Shown: positions 10,131-20,185 of the stretch, in pieces
How positions within the stretch are numbered: position 1 is the first letter of the stretch
How the letters are laid out: the number at the start of each line of letters is the position of its first letter
Assembly: GCA_963774265.1 (NCBI GenBank)
Contig: CAVZDU010000006.1
Span: 256,001 to 320,000, forward strand
Origin: an uncultured Chloroflexia bacterium
GTDB taxonomy: Bacteria > Chloroflexota > Anaerolineae > CG2-30-64-16
Length of the DNA: 64,000 bases
Direction of reading: 5' to 3'
The notes under the pieces: model-generated
Told to the model about the DNA's origin: nothing
The model's input: only the letters and a program-made list of their open reading frames with translations
Database searches by the model: none
Position numbers and translations under genes: made by a program

Positions 10131-11145
10131 ATCGGACGTCTCCCTTCTCGTGTGCTGGGTTGCCGGCAGACTTCTCTGGTCCGGCAGCCTGCCCCCGGGC
10201 TGGCGCCGGGAACTCCGCCGCTTGCGGTCGGACTTCGGCCAGGCATGCCGGCCACTCCTGATCCTCCAGTGGGTGCTTTCCTGCCAGGTGGAAGCGAAGC
10301 ATGCCCTCAGCCTTGGCAAGGAGCGGATTGCCCGGATCGCGGTCGAGCCGCCCGAGGAGGAACGCGTACGATCTGCGCGTCGCCAGGGGCCGGAGGAGGG
10401 GATGGAAGACCACCCGCTGGCGCACCGGCACTGGCTGCAGCCCCATGCGGAACTTGAACTCGTCGACGCTCTCCGGGGCATCCAACGACTGGAGGGTGAA
10501 GAAGATCTCGGCCACGCCCTTGCGCGCCAGCAGATCGCAACAGACAGCATAGAACAGGGCGTTGTTGACATGCTCCCGCAGAAACTTGGAACGACTCAGC
10601 GCGTACGGCACGCACCACCTATCGTCGATGCGGGCCGTCAGCAGCGCTGCGGCGAGCTCGCCATCGCAGATCGCCCCCCAGGCCTCGAACCCCGGCAGGC
10701 CATCCGCGGCCCGACAAATGCGCTGCCACTCCGCCTGATCCATGGACTTGGTGCGCTCCTGGCGCTCCAGCGTATCGGCCTGCAGGCTCCAGCCTTCCCC
10801 GGCCAGCCGCTCAAAGGCGATGCGTTCCACCTTAAAACGGCTCAGGCCTCGGCGAACGCCGTTGCGGGCCTGGGCACGCAGCATATCCAGGGTGTATGGA
10901 CCGCGCAGCACGACATGGTAGCTAACCATGCCCTGCGGGGCGTCCAGCGGCGTCGAGTAGCGCAAAGCCGCGATCCCCCTGCCCAGCGTGAGGCCGCGCA
11001 ATTCTCCCGCAGAGGGTTGGATGAGCCAATGGTACGGGAATGCCTGGAAGACCCGCGGCCCCGCCTCATACCAGTAGCTGCTCGGGGTGCGAATCACCTG
11101 ATGCCCCTGGCGTCTCAGCCACTCTGCAAAGGTCTCGACGTTCAT
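10117..11145 (-). CDS. GNAT/FemAB-like acyl- or aminoacyl-transferase
   Basis: ARNGVRRG, NNALFY and VDEFKFRMG segments resemble FemAB/Acetyltransf_6 family features. Confidence 0.6.
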   Translation of the reverse strand: MNVETFAEWLRRQGHQVIRTPSSYWYEAGPRVFQAFPYHWLIQPSAGELRGLTLGRGIAALRYSTPLDAPQGMVSYHVVLRGPYTLDMLRAQARNGVRRGLSRFKVERIAFERLAGEGWSLQADTLERQERTKSMDQAEWQRICRAADGLPGFEAWGAICDGELAAALLTARIDDRWCVPYALSRSKFLREHVNNALFYAVCCDLLARKGVAEIFFTLQSLDAPESVDEFKFRMGLQPVPVRQRVVFHPLLRPLATRRSYAFLLGRLDRDPGNPLLAKAEGMLRFHLAGKHPLEDQEWPACLAEVRPQAAEFPAPARGQAAGPEKSAGNPAHEKGDVRYEAS

Positions 11146-12383
11146 GGCGTTCCGGCTCCCCCCCGGCATAACCCCGACAGCATGTCCTCAAAAGCATCGA
11201 CGCAGCTTCCGCGGGAGTAACGGCTTTCGAGCTGCGTGCGCCCGTTCTGGCCCATTTCGGCCAATGCGCCAGCTTGCCCTCGCAGATCCAGCAGGGCATC
11301 CGCCAAACGCTCGGGGTGATCCGGCGGCACGACGATGCCGCAGTGCGCGTCGTCCACCAGTTGTGCGAGATCGCTATCCCCTGGCGCAACTGCCAGAATC
11401 GGCCTGGCGCTGGCCATCACGTTGAAAATCTTGCTCGGCAGGGAGGACGCGGCTGAATCGTGATTCAACGTCACGAGACCCACATCAGCTGCGGCCAGCA
11501 TTTCAGGGAAAATCTCCCTGGGCTGGTAGGGAAGGAACATAACGTTCGCGAGTTGAGCCTCCTGCGCCATGGCCTCGAGATCGTTTTTCTTGACCCCCTC
11601 GCCGATGATGACAAAGCGGATGTCAGCCTCTTCCTTCAGCAGCTTCGCCGCACCGAGAACATCCTCCAGGCAGGAGGTCAGCCCCAGGTTGCCGGCGTAC
11701 ATCACCACGAACTTTCCGGACAGGCCGAACTGCTGGCGAAAACCATTCTCCTTCGGCAGCGACCGCACGATATCAGGATCGGCCCACACCGGAATCAGGG
11801 TAATTTTCTCCGGTGGCACACCCTTGCGATCCAGGTTTCTCCGAAAACTCTCTGAGATCACCGATATATGGGTCGCATGCCGATAGAGAAAGCGCTCCAT
11901 GGCCGAAAAGAATGCGATCATGTGCTGGTTTCGTAGCACGCCAGCGGCCACCGCGGCGTCCGGATACAGGTCCTCCAGCTCAAGCACCCAGGGCCCCCGC
12001 CACAGACGGCTGAGCAACCAGGCCGACAATCCCAGGGGCAGTGGCGGCGAGTAGCTCACCACGATATCCGGCTTGCCTGCGAATAGTCCGCCGTAGAAAG
12101 CAGACGCGCTGTAGGTGCCATAATGCAGCAGCCTCGGCCAGACTGTCTTGCTCGGTGAGATATAGCTCCACGTTCGGATCACCCGCACTCCGTCCAGCCA
12201 TTCGACCTGGTAAGCCCGGTTTCGATAACCCGCGAATACGCGTCCATAGGGATAATTCGGCGCACCGGTGATGAACGTGACCTCATGCCCCCGCTTGACC
12301 AGGTCGGTAGCGAGTTCAGTGATCAGCACCGCTGCGCTGATTTCCTCCGGCGCATAGAGCTGCGCCATGAACATGATGCGCAT
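11142..12383 (-). CDS. Glycosyltransferase family 4 (WbuB/WcaI-like)
   Basis: YAPEE, PNYPYG, SPPL, EDLYPD, YAGNLG and LPSK motifs. Confidence 0.92.
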   Translation of the reverse strand: MRIMFMAQLYAPEEISAAVLITELATDLVKRGHEVTFITGAPNYPYGRVFAGYRNRAYQVEWLDGVRVIRTWSYISPSKTVWPRLLHYGTYSASAFYGGLFAGKPDIVVSYSPPLPLGLSAWLLSRLWRGPWVLELEDLYPDAAVAAGVLRNQHMIAFFSAMERFLYRHATHISVISESFRRNLDRKGVPPEKITLIPVWADPDIVRSLPKENGFRQQFGLSGKFVVMYAGNLGLTSCLEDVLGAAKLLKEEADIRFVIIGEGVKKNDLEAMAQEAQLANVMFLPYQPREIFPEMLAAADVGLVTLNHDSAASSLPSKIFNVMASARPILAVAPGDSDLAQLVDDAHCGIVVPPDHPERLADALLDLRGQAGALAEMGQNGRTQLESRYSRGSCVDAFEDMLSGLCRGGAGTP

Positions 12384-12430
12384 TTGTCAATCCGATCACA
12401 ATGCTCACCTGGCGGACGACGATCAGCCCT

Positions 12431-14677
12431 TCAAAGGGCCCCTTTATCATCGGCCAATTCCGCGTCGCGCTGCCCTGGAAACATGATCTCGAGCAGATGC
12501 GCCACGACAACGTCGGCGCTGAACTCCCGCCCCCGCTGCTGATTCGCCTTCGCCATGCGATCCCGCAGCTGAGGATCCAAGGCCAGTCGTCCAACGGCCT
12601 GGGCCAATGCCTCCGGATCGCGCGCAGGAACCAGCAACCCGTTTTCACCATCCGTGACGAGTTCCGCAAGCGCGCTGTGTTGAGTGCTGATCACAGGAAC
12701 GCCCGCGTGCATGGCCTCAATGACGACGCCCGGGTGTCCTTCGCACGCGAAGAATGTCGGTAACACGAGTGCGTCGTAGCCTGCTATCACCTGGGAGGCA
12801 TCACCAACCTTCACAGTACCGCAGTAGCGGGAATTGGGGCTCACCTCCAATTTCCGCAGAAACTCCTCGCGGATTGCCGTATGGAGCGGCCCGTAAAAGT
12901 CACAACTCACAGGTATCGGGCAGGTTTGCGCAACAAGTTGCAGCGCATCAAGGAGAACCAATGGACCCTTGTCCCTGTGAATGTGCGAAAGAAATACCAA
13001 ATGTAGCTCCGGACTGCGGCCATTTGGCGACCGCTGAATCTCCGGCAGAGGTCTGCACCCCGGCACGTAATGCACATTTGAACAGCCCAAGCGAGTCAGC
13101 CCTGCCTGAAGGAGCTGTGTTTGAGCCAGCACGCCATCTGCGGAGCGTAAGATCCTGAGCCCATAGGACTGAATCAACCTCCCATGCTTTGCCAAAAACA
13201 GGTCGAGATCTCCTCCGACAGGCTTAACATAAAAGCGCGCGTGAAAGCCTCGTGCCACCAGCAGCAGCACCGGAACGATAGTAAGCGCAAAGAGATTGTT
13301 GGCGAACACCAGGACAGCGCCGGTCCCGTGAACTCGCCGAACGTACTCCGCAAAAATGACGGCCATTCGCCGCACCTTCTCCAGGTTGAAGCCAGTCATC
13401 TTCTCCCTGGGGTCTGTGGCAGGAGACGTATTGATGATCGCCAGGCGCACTGAAGGATCCTTATGCATCTCGTCGGCGAAGGCCTGAAGGGTCAGCGGTG
13501 AGCCGCCAATGGGTGGCGGCAACGGACCAACGATCAGTAAAGACCTCTGCTTAGGCGTGAACCGATTTGGCTCATCTGGCGCGCGCAAACCGGTTCCGAA
13601 CAGCACATCCACATACTGGTCTACCACTGCCTCTGCTTCAAAGGGCCTATAGCTCTCCGGCAGTGGTCGCGGCGTCCTGCCATCAAGGGCTGCTTCAATG
13701 GCCGACGCCATGGAGACCATATCACCCAGCGGAACCAAACAGCCATATGCCCCATCGGCCAAAATCTCCTTTGGTCCACCAGGACAGTCTGTAGAAACGA
13801 TCGGTAGGCCACAGCAAAGCGCCTCGATCAGGACACCCGGCAACCCTTCCCAACGCGAAGACAGAACAAAAACCGATGCCTGGCGCATGTAGGGGTATGG
13901 GTTAGGCACGAATCCGGGAAGGCTCGTATCCTGTTCCAGGCCAAGTTGCTTCACCAATGCCTCAAGAGCAGATCGTTCCTCCCCCTCGCCCAGGATCATG
14001 AGACGCGCCATGCGCGAGCGGCGGACCCGAGCAAAAGCCTGAACCAGAGTCGTGTAGTCCTTCTGTGCGGTGAGGCGACCAACCGCCAGCACTACTGGGG
14101 GCTCACCGGGCCCGAACCAGGGATGGCAGAGTGGCGCTTGAGCCATGGCGTGCAATTCGGGTGTCACTACTGGGTTATAGATCACGCGGATACGCTCGCG
14201 AGGAATCCCCGTCACCTGAGCAAGGTCATCTGCCACTCCACGCGAGACGGCGACAATACCGTCTGCCCACCTGTAGAGGTGCTTGATAAGGCGCGGCAGG
14301 AGCCGCATGCGAGTATCGAATCTATAGTGCTGGACCGCGCTCGAGAGCGCGTTGCGCTCAGTCACCACAACGCGGGTCCGAGCCAAACGCCCAGCCACAA
14401 GCGCAATCACATTCGTAAACAAGCCCGAAAGCAGGACGTCTGGCCGCTCACGTCGCAGGTAGCGGACGAGGGAAACCACACTGAGAATAGACCTCGCAGC
14501 CCGGAGGTCAACCAGCCGAACTCCAGCCGGAACTTCGGCCAAATAGGGCCCTTCTGCGCGCACGAGCACCAGATCTACCCCATATCCGCGACGAGCCATC
14601 CCGCCGGCGAGCTTAAGCATCGTGCGCTCTGCACCACCACCATAAAGTCCGGGCAAGAAGATTGCCAGTCGTTCCAT
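12431..14677 (-). CDS. Fused double glycosyltransferase (two GT4 domains)
   Basis: First domain GGGAER...WEGLPGVLIEALCCG; second domain GPLPPPIGG...EGHPGVVIEAMHAG. Confidence 0.85.
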   Translation of the reverse strand: MERLAIFLPGLYGGGAERTMLKLAGGMARRGYGVDLVLVRAEGPYLAEVPAGVRLVDLRAARSILSVVSLVRYLRRERPDVLLSGLFTNVIALVAGRLARTRVVVTERNALSSAVQHYRFDTRMRLLPRLIKHLYRWADGIVAVSRGVADDLAQVTGIPRERIRVIYNPVVTPELHAMAQAPLCHPWFGPGEPPVVLAVGRLTAQKDYTTLVQAFARVRRSRMARLMILGEGEERSALEALVKQLGLEQDTSLPGFVPNPYPYMRQASVFVLSSRWEGLPGVLIEALCCGLPIVSTDCPGGPKEILADGAYGCLVPLGDMVSMASAIEAALDGRTPRPLPESYRPFEAEAVVDQYVDVLFGTGLRAPDEPNRFTPKQRSLLIVGPLPPPIGGSPLTLQAFADEMHKDPSVRLAIINTSPATDPREKMTGFNLEKVRRMAVIFAEYVRRVHGTGAVLVFANNLFALTIVPVLLLVARGFHARFYVKPVGGDLDLFLAKHGRLIQSYGLRILRSADGVLAQTQLLQAGLTRLGCSNVHYVPGCRPLPEIQRSPNGRSPELHLVFLSHIHRDKGPLVLLDALQLVAQTCPIPVSCDFYGPLHTAIREEFLRKLEVSPNSRYCGTVKVGDASQVIAGYDALVLPTFFACEGHPGVVIEAMHAGVPVISTQHSALAELVTDGENGLLVPARDPEALAQAVGRLALDPQLRDRMAKANQQRGREFSADVVVAHLLEIMFPGQRDAELADDKGAL

Positions 14678-14731
14678 CGTTAGGTCCCCAAGGCGAAAAC
14701 GGCGGCCGAGATTGCAAAACTCAGAAACATC

Positions 14732-15871
14732 TTAATGGCTCTCTGCCGCAGGCGCAACCCGTTTCAAATAGTGCGTCAGAAGAAACTCCCTCAGTGCCAG
14801 CTCGTGCACCCAGTATCTTCCCGGCTCAAAACGAAAAGAGCCATCATCGCCGAAAATGGTCACGCCAGGGATGCCGTTTACGTGTAGTTGTTCCGGGAGC
14901 TCCATCGCACATACGGGAGAGATCTCGATGACGTAGTACTTGTCGTCCAGGCCATGCAGCATGTCCACAACCAACATCGGGCTTGCGATGAATTTATTGG
15001 CGTCCAGGGCGATCTTCATAGCTTCTTGGGGCAGCTCACGCTTCTCCACCAGATGCATGCCGGATGCCCTGAAATCTCCCGGCGGCGTCCGTCGATAATA
15101 ACCAAACACCCAGTTGCCAACCACGATCACCCGGATGTCGTAGCCGTCATTCGGAACGAAGTCCTGAAAGTAGACGTAGTTCTTCTGACGGGAACAGACC
15201 AGGTGAGACTTTCGGCCGGTCATGGAAAAAGCCTGCCTGATGATCCGCCGTGCGTGGTCGGGCGTGCGCACTAACTCGATTCCGATGGAGCCGGAGGCGG
15301 GGACGATTTTCGAGACGACAGGGAATCGCAGGCCTTGGACCAGGCGCATCGCATCATCCCTGTCGTGTGATACATAGGTCCTGGCAGATGGAATCCCGCA
15401 CACCTCGGCCAAATACACCTCCAGGCTCTTGTCCTCATACAAATAGGCGTGATCAGGAGATGGATAGGTCGCTATCCCCAGGTACTTCTCCAGGAAGTAG
15501 TATTTCCTGCGCATCTCGTCCAGGTGCCACGGCCGAGAAGACACAAAACCAACAACGATGTCGAACTCCCTGGCATTTTCGATCCAATCATGGGCGTGAA
15601 TGTCGAAGATGCCATAACCAAACGAGTTATTGTCCAGGAACCGGCAATACTTGGTCCAGCGCGGATGCGGTGAGGGATCCCGTACAATCCCAAACCTCGG
15701 TTTCTTCACGTGCGCCGGCCAATCGATGCGCACGATTTCCGCATCATTGATGCCGGGGCGGTCATCGACGTAGCCCGGCTCAGCCATCGGGAAATGCTGC
15801 CTGAAGCGAGCGTAGCCGGGGGTCTTGCTGAACCTTAGCAGCCCCCTGTTCTGTTTCAACATCTCCATCAC
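14732..15871 (-). CDS. RimK-like ATP-grasp ligase
   Basis: FPVVSK..GSIGIELV, YFQDFVP, DIRVIVVG and DFRASG motifs. Confidence 0.82.
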   Translation of the reverse strand: MMEMLKQNRGLLRFSKTPGYARFRQHFPMAEPGYVDDRPGINDAEIVRIDWPAHVKKPRFGIVRDPSPHPRWTKYCRFLDNNSFGYGIFDIHAHDWIENAREFDIVVGFVSSRPWHLDEMRRKYYFLEKYLGIATYPSPDHAYLYEDKSLEVYLAEVCGIPSARTYVSHDRDDAMRLVQGLRFPVVSKIVPASGSIGIELVRTPDHARRIIRQAFSMTGRKSHLVCSRQKNYVYFQDFVPNDGYDIRVIVVGNWVFGYYRRTPPGDFRASGMHLVEKRELPQEAMKIALDANKFIASPMLVVDMLHGLDDKYYVIEISPVCAMELPEQLHVNGIPGVTIFGDDGSFRFEPGRYWVHELALREFLLTHYLKRVAPAAESH

Positions 15872-15895
15872 AGCGCCCCCTTCATCAGGCTTCGC

Positions 15896-16525
15896 TCACC
15901 AATGCAACGCCTCGGACCCCATCAGCTTCACCACCCTTTCGGCCTCGAGGCGGTCGCCGGCAAACCGGAAGGTGGCGAGTTCAAGGTTGGAAGGATACGT
16001 TGCGAGGGACTCGATGCAGTTCGAGCCCCTGAGCACGCCATGGAACATCTGCAGAAAGACGCCGTGTGAAACCACCAGGATATTCGAGCCCTCGTACGTT
16101 CTGAAGAGGAACCGGCGAAACTCCTTTGCGCGTTCCCACACATCCTCGAAAGGCTCCCCTCTTTGCGGATTCACGGTGTGCAGATCGTTTCCAACGGTGA
16201 TCAACAGGACAGGCGGCTGGAGGCTCTGGATCTCGTCCCATGTCAGACCCTCCATGATCCCGAAGTTGCGCTCGTTGCACAGCCTGGACTGGACGATCGG
16301 GACGGCGTCACCCACAAGGATGCGGGCGGTCTGAAATGCCCTCTGAAGCGTCGAGCTGATCACAACGTCGAAGCCTGACCCGCGGAGTTTCGTGGCAGCT
16401 TCGCTCGCGTCCCGAATCCCTGCTTCACTCAACGGCACGTCAATCGACCCGGCGTATCTCCTCTCGGCGTTGTAGCGGGTGTGAGCATGCCTGAGGGTGC
16501 TTATCGTGGTGACTGGCGAGTTCAT
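15896..16525 (-). CDS. Histidine phosphatase / phosphoglycerate mutase family protein
   Basis: LRHAHT, SSTLQRAFQTA, ERNFG and VVSHG motifs. Confidence 0.9.
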   Translation of the reverse strand: MNSPVTTISTLRHAHTRYNAERRYAGSIDVPLSEAGIRDASEAATKLRGSGFDVVISSTLQRAFQTARILVGDAVPIVQSRLCNERNFGIMEGLTWDEIQSLQPPVLLITVGNDLHTVNPQRGEPFEDVWERAKEFRRFLFRTYEGSNILVVSHGVFLQMFHGVLRGSNCIESLATYPSNLELATFRFAGDRLEAERVVKLMGSEALHW

Positions 16526-16530
16526 ATTCG

Positions 16531-17703
16531 TTACTCCGTCAGCCGGATAATCTCGTTGAGGCGCAGCACCGACGAGTAGTCGGTCAACAGCGGCCCGATT
16601 TTGATATACGGCACGCCGTACATGCAGGTAAGGGTGGAAACAAAGGTCTCCTCCGTGCTGATAGAACGGTGTGACGTGATAACGATCTGGCCGGTGCGCT
16701 GGGCGGCCTCGATCGCCCGCCTGACTGCGGTGACAGTGCCGGCCTGGTTCGGCTTGACCACTGCGCCATGTGTGTGCTTCTTGGCGGCGCCCTCCTCAAT
16801 CCGATCCGCATCGGATGAGTAGAAGTTGTCACCGATTATATAACAGGCCTGCTGTGATGTCGTCAGGCGCTGCCAACTCGCGACATCCACCTCGCGAAAC
16901 GGATCCTCCAAGAAGCGAAGGGGGTACTGATCGATGATCGAGATCCAATAGTCGTGGAATTTCTCACTCGAACGCGTCAAGCCATCGGTGATGGCCAACC
17001 GGTATCCCTCGCCGGTCCACAGGTCACCGGCCGAGGCATCGATCATCAAATCAAACCGGTCAGAAAGCCCCAGGCTGGCGCAGACGTCCAGCAGGAATTC
17101 GATGCACTCACGGTTATCGGCCGTCGAGAAGCAATGGACCGGATTGCCGCCCACGACTGTGGTCGGTTGTCTGAGCAGCCGCTCCTTGACGAGATGTTGG
17201 ATCTCGTTGTGACACCCGATCACCTCATCGATGCGGTTGTCCCTTGCGACCAGCATATACTCCGAAAAGTCACTCTGCACCGGGTTGGTGTACGCGTGCC
17301 ACCCGCCGTTGAGGATATTGCAGCAGAGGCGCGGCGGCGTCAGTGGCGCAATCGGTTTACCGAAAAGATCAAAGAGGGATCGAGAGGCGGACGTTGCGTT
17401 GAACAACGCGAGCGAGAGGCTGTAGGCGTTGTTTCTACCGAAGGCGGCGATGTGTCTCTGCAGATAGTCGTCGAATTCTGCCTGATCGACCGGGCGACCG
17501 ACATATCCATCCGCCTCCAGGCTGCGGATAATCGTCTCGGGCGTAATCGATACTTTCCGATCTTCGTAGATGCTGATCGTCTCGCCCTTGGGGGATGCGC
17601 CAACGCCCAAGGTTCCGTCGTTCAGTGTGATAATGAATTCAGTCGTCAACTCGACATGCGAGTTCAGCACACTGCGCCAGGCAATCGATCTAACGGTTGG
17701 CAT
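16531..17703 (-). CDS. Divergent enolase-family protein
   Basis: NILNGGWHA, SEYM, IDASA, LEDPF, VKPNQAGT, HRS and IKIG motifs; the GDEGG motif is absent. Start ATG 17703 after AGGAG. Confidence 0.82.
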   Translation of the reverse strand: MPTVRSIAWRSVLNSHVELTTEFIITLNDGTLGVGASPKGETISIYEDRKVSITPETIIRSLEADGYVGRPVDQAEFDDYLQRHIAAFGRNNAYSLSLALFNATSASRSLFDLFGKPIAPLTPPRLCCNILNGGWHAYTNPVQSDFSEYMLVARDNRIDEVIGCHNEIQHLVKERLLRQPTTVVGGNPVHCFSTADNRECIEFLLDVCASLGLSDRFDLMIDASAGDLWTGEGYRLAITDGLTRSSEKFHDYWISIIDQYPLRFLEDPFREVDVASWQRLTTSQQACYIIGDNFYSSDADRIEEGAAKKHTHGAVVKPNQAGTVTAVRRAIEAAQRTGQIVITSHRSISTEETFVSTLTCMYGVPYIKIGPLLTDYSSVLRLNEIIRLTE

Positions 17704-17801
17704 CGGTCTTCTCCTTATTCGACGAAAGAAGTATCCCCCGCATCCGACTACGACAATCGGAGACTCCTTTTTATGATGCGGCTCTCGCGCATCCGCCCGC
17801 T

Positions 17802-19265
17802 TCAAACATCCCCTGACCGCAATCTAGGTAGAGCCAGCCGAGCCAAGTCCAGCATTTGCTTATACAGCAATGGCTGAATGAGGCGCAGGACCGCCAGGTA
17901 AGCTAAAGCCCCCACCAAAACAAAAACGAACAAGCGCACAGGCAATCCCAGACTATCCCCGACGATAGATTTGAGCGACAGTATGATGACGATCATCACG
18001 AGAGAGCTGCACAGCGCGGGAACGTACTGCTTGAGATGGGTGCGGACAGAAACATCGATCAAGCTGCGAATCATCAGAATGTAGAGAGGCAAGAGCATGT
18101 ATCCGACGATTACATACACTGCCGCTACGGCAATGATCCCTCTGCGCACCACCAGTGCAAAACCAATCACATTCAATACAGCGGCCACTGACCATATACC
18201 GAAGCGCCAGGACGGCTTGCCGGCGGCTTTGAACACACTGCTATAGAAATAGGATGCGGAGCGGACGATGCCCATCAACATCAGTATCTGGACCACCGCG
18301 ATACTGGGCTCCCACTTCTGACCATACAAGCAAATGACCACTTCACGAGCTGTGACAGATAATCCGAGAAAGATGGGAAAAGCAACGATACTCTGCAACC
18401 GCGTGACTTGATAGAACGATTCCTTTATTTTGATACGCTCGCTCTGAAGGCGAGAAAAGACCGGAAACACTACAGCATTGGGCACGGCCACCAAGAGATC
18501 TGTCATCGCCATCAATAGCGTGTAAGCCAGGCTGTAATAACCCAACACGACTGATCCTAAAAAGTAGCCGATAAGAAAATCATCCGCGTGGACACTAAAG
18601 AAACTCACAATATTTCCGCCAAGAATGTTGATGCCGAAAGAAAACAGCTCCCTAAAGTGCCTCATCGAGAAACGGAAGCTGGGGCGCCAATCGCAGACTT
18701 GCCATAGGACTATGACGTTAGCCAGGCTGCTTACCAGTTGTTTGGCCACCAGGCTCCAGACACCATAACCAAGGAAAGCCATGCTGATGGCCACTACGCC
18801 GCTGACAATTGTCACTGCGAGCGAACGGACTGCCAGGGTCTTGAAAGCCAGATTGCGCCGAAGAAGAGATTGCTGGACGGTGGTCAGGGCACTGAAAACA
18901 AAACTGAGTGATAGCCAACTCACGATTGGCGCCAGTTTCGGCTCCCGAAAAAGTTGTGCTATCGCGCCCGAAGCGACGATGCCAACCGCCGTTAATAGGG
19001 CACCCGCGAGGAGCCCCATCCAAAAAGCCGTATTGAGATGTTCACGCTCAAGCTCGGGACATTGCACAATCGCATCGCCAAAGCCTTGTTCAACAAAAAT
19101 CTGCGCGAAAGCAATAAAGACAGATGCATAAGCCACCAGGCCAAACGCTTCTGGCAGCACGAGGCGGGCCAAAGTCAACGTCACAAGAAACGTAATGGCC
19201 CGTGCGCCCCAGGTTTGGGCGGCTGACCATACAATTCCCTCAGCTGCTTTTTGCCGTACGTTCAT
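17802..19265 (-). CDS. wzx: Wzx-type polysaccharide flippase (PST family)
   Basis: LARLVLPEAFGLVA, GVWSLV, DDFLIG..LG...LGYYSLAY; many hydrophobic segments. Confidence 0.9.
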   Translation of the reverse strand: MNVRQKAAEGIVWSAAQTWGARAITFLVTLTLARLVLPEAFGLVAYASVFIAFAQIFVEQGFGDAIVQCPELEREHLNTAFWMGLLAGALLTAVGIVASGAIAQLFREPKLAPIVSWLSLSFVFSALTTVQQSLLRRNLAFKTLAVRSLAVTIVSGVVAISMAFLGYGVWSLVAKQLVSSLANVIVLWQVCDWRPSFRFSMRHFRELFSFGINILGGNIVSFFSVHADDFLIGYFLGSVVLGYYSLAYTLLMAMTDLLVAVPNAVVFPVFSRLQSERIKIKESFYQVTRLQSIVAFPIFLGLSVTAREVVICLYGQKWEPSIAVVQILMLMGIVRSASYFYSSVFKAAGKPSWRFGIWSVAAVLNVIGFALVVRRGIIAVAAVYVIVGYMLLPLYILMIRSLIDVSVRTHLKQYVPALCSSLVMIVIILSLKSIVGDSLGLPVRLFVFVLVGALAYLAVLRLIQPLLYKQMLDLARLALPRLRSGDV

Positions 19266-19329
19266 CTATCAGCATCACTCTTGCAAAAACTGTGTCAAAT
19301 TCGTAGCGTCGAAACACACTCGCCTCTGA

Positions 19330-19989
19330 TCACTCCGTGTCGAGCGACGCCAACCATGTCTGCAGGGGTCCCCAGCTCAGGCGGTAGCGGGCGTAGTTAT
19401 AGACAAGCTTCAGGTATTCGTCTCTCACGTACGCCCGCGACTTCGCATCGGCCCACCAGCGGCGTTGATAGGGCGATACCCCGAAGGGTACCGGCGCCAT
19501 CTCCAACGTTACCCCTGGCCCCACGACCTGCCGATAGATCCATCGCGCCCGCCGCATGTGAGGAGGATCGCTGACGACGATCACGGAGCGAACCGCAGTC
19601 GGGCTGCGAGCTATGAACTCCTTCAACAGAACGGCCTCAGCATATGTGCTGGTTACTGGTGACTCATCGATGACGATGCTCTGCCGTTCTATTCCCTGGG
19701 CCTCGGCGCGTTCGACGCCGTGTTGTCCATGGTAGTAACCATGGAAGGTACACCAGCCGCCAGTAAAAAATATTACATTACCATAGCCTTGTTTGTAAAG
19801 TTGGATCGCGTGGTCCGTGCGGTCCTCTGGTCCGCTAATGACGTGGATCACGTCTGCGGGTTGCAGTGCGTCCTGAATCACAAGAAAATCGCCGACCGCC
19901 AAGAGGATCGGCTCCCGCACACCGAGCAAAAGCACGCCCACGATGACGGCTGCAGGAACGATGACCCGTGCCCTTCTTTGCATCTTCAA
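19330..19989 (-). CDS. YdcF/ElyC/SanA (DUF218) family envelope protein
   Basis: N-terminal TM segment; ADVIHVISG, FTGG, STYAEA and VVSDPPHMRRA motifs. Confidence 0.85.
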   Translation of the reverse strand: MKMQRRARVIVPAAVIVGVLLLGVREPILLAVGDFLVIQDALQPADVIHVISGPEDRTDHAIQLYKQGYGNVIFFTGGWCTFHGYYHGQHGVERAEAQGIERQSIVIDESPVTSTYAEAVLLKEFIARSPTAVRSVIVVSDPPHMRRARWIYRQVVGPGVTLEMAPVPFGVSPYQRRWWADAKSRAYVRDEYLKLVYNYARYRLSWGPLQTWLASLDTE

Positions 19990-20038
19990 CTCCGCACGCG
20001 GTGTAAAGAGAGAATGAAACGACCCTGGGTTGAGGCGA

Positions 20039-20145
20039 TTGACATTATCTAATTAAGTATATATCATTTAACTCCGGTGTCAATGTCGGAAAGCCGGGGC
20101 CCCCGGCTCCACTCGTTTGACAAACAGATAAAGTTGTCGTAGACT
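20039..20145 (+). promoter_or_regulatory. Two tandem sigma70-type promoters
   Basis: TTGACA(20039)-17 nt-TATCAT(20062) and TTGACA(20117)-17 nt-TAGACT(20140). Confidence 0.7.
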
Positions 20146-20185
20146 TGATTTTAGTTTGGCGATTCTGTCAATTGGAGTGTTGCTA

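Noticed and set aside
7994-11220. Long + strand ORFs 7994..9391 and 9826..11220 (also 1995..3041 and 16954..17877)
   Set aside because: Antisense shadows of well-supported minus-strand genes in high-GC DNA; no recognisable motifs.
20083-20142. 19-codon upstream ORF with a small GC hairpin as an attenuator
   Set aside because: No RBS, no regulatory codon run or U-tract, and it overlaps the second promoter.
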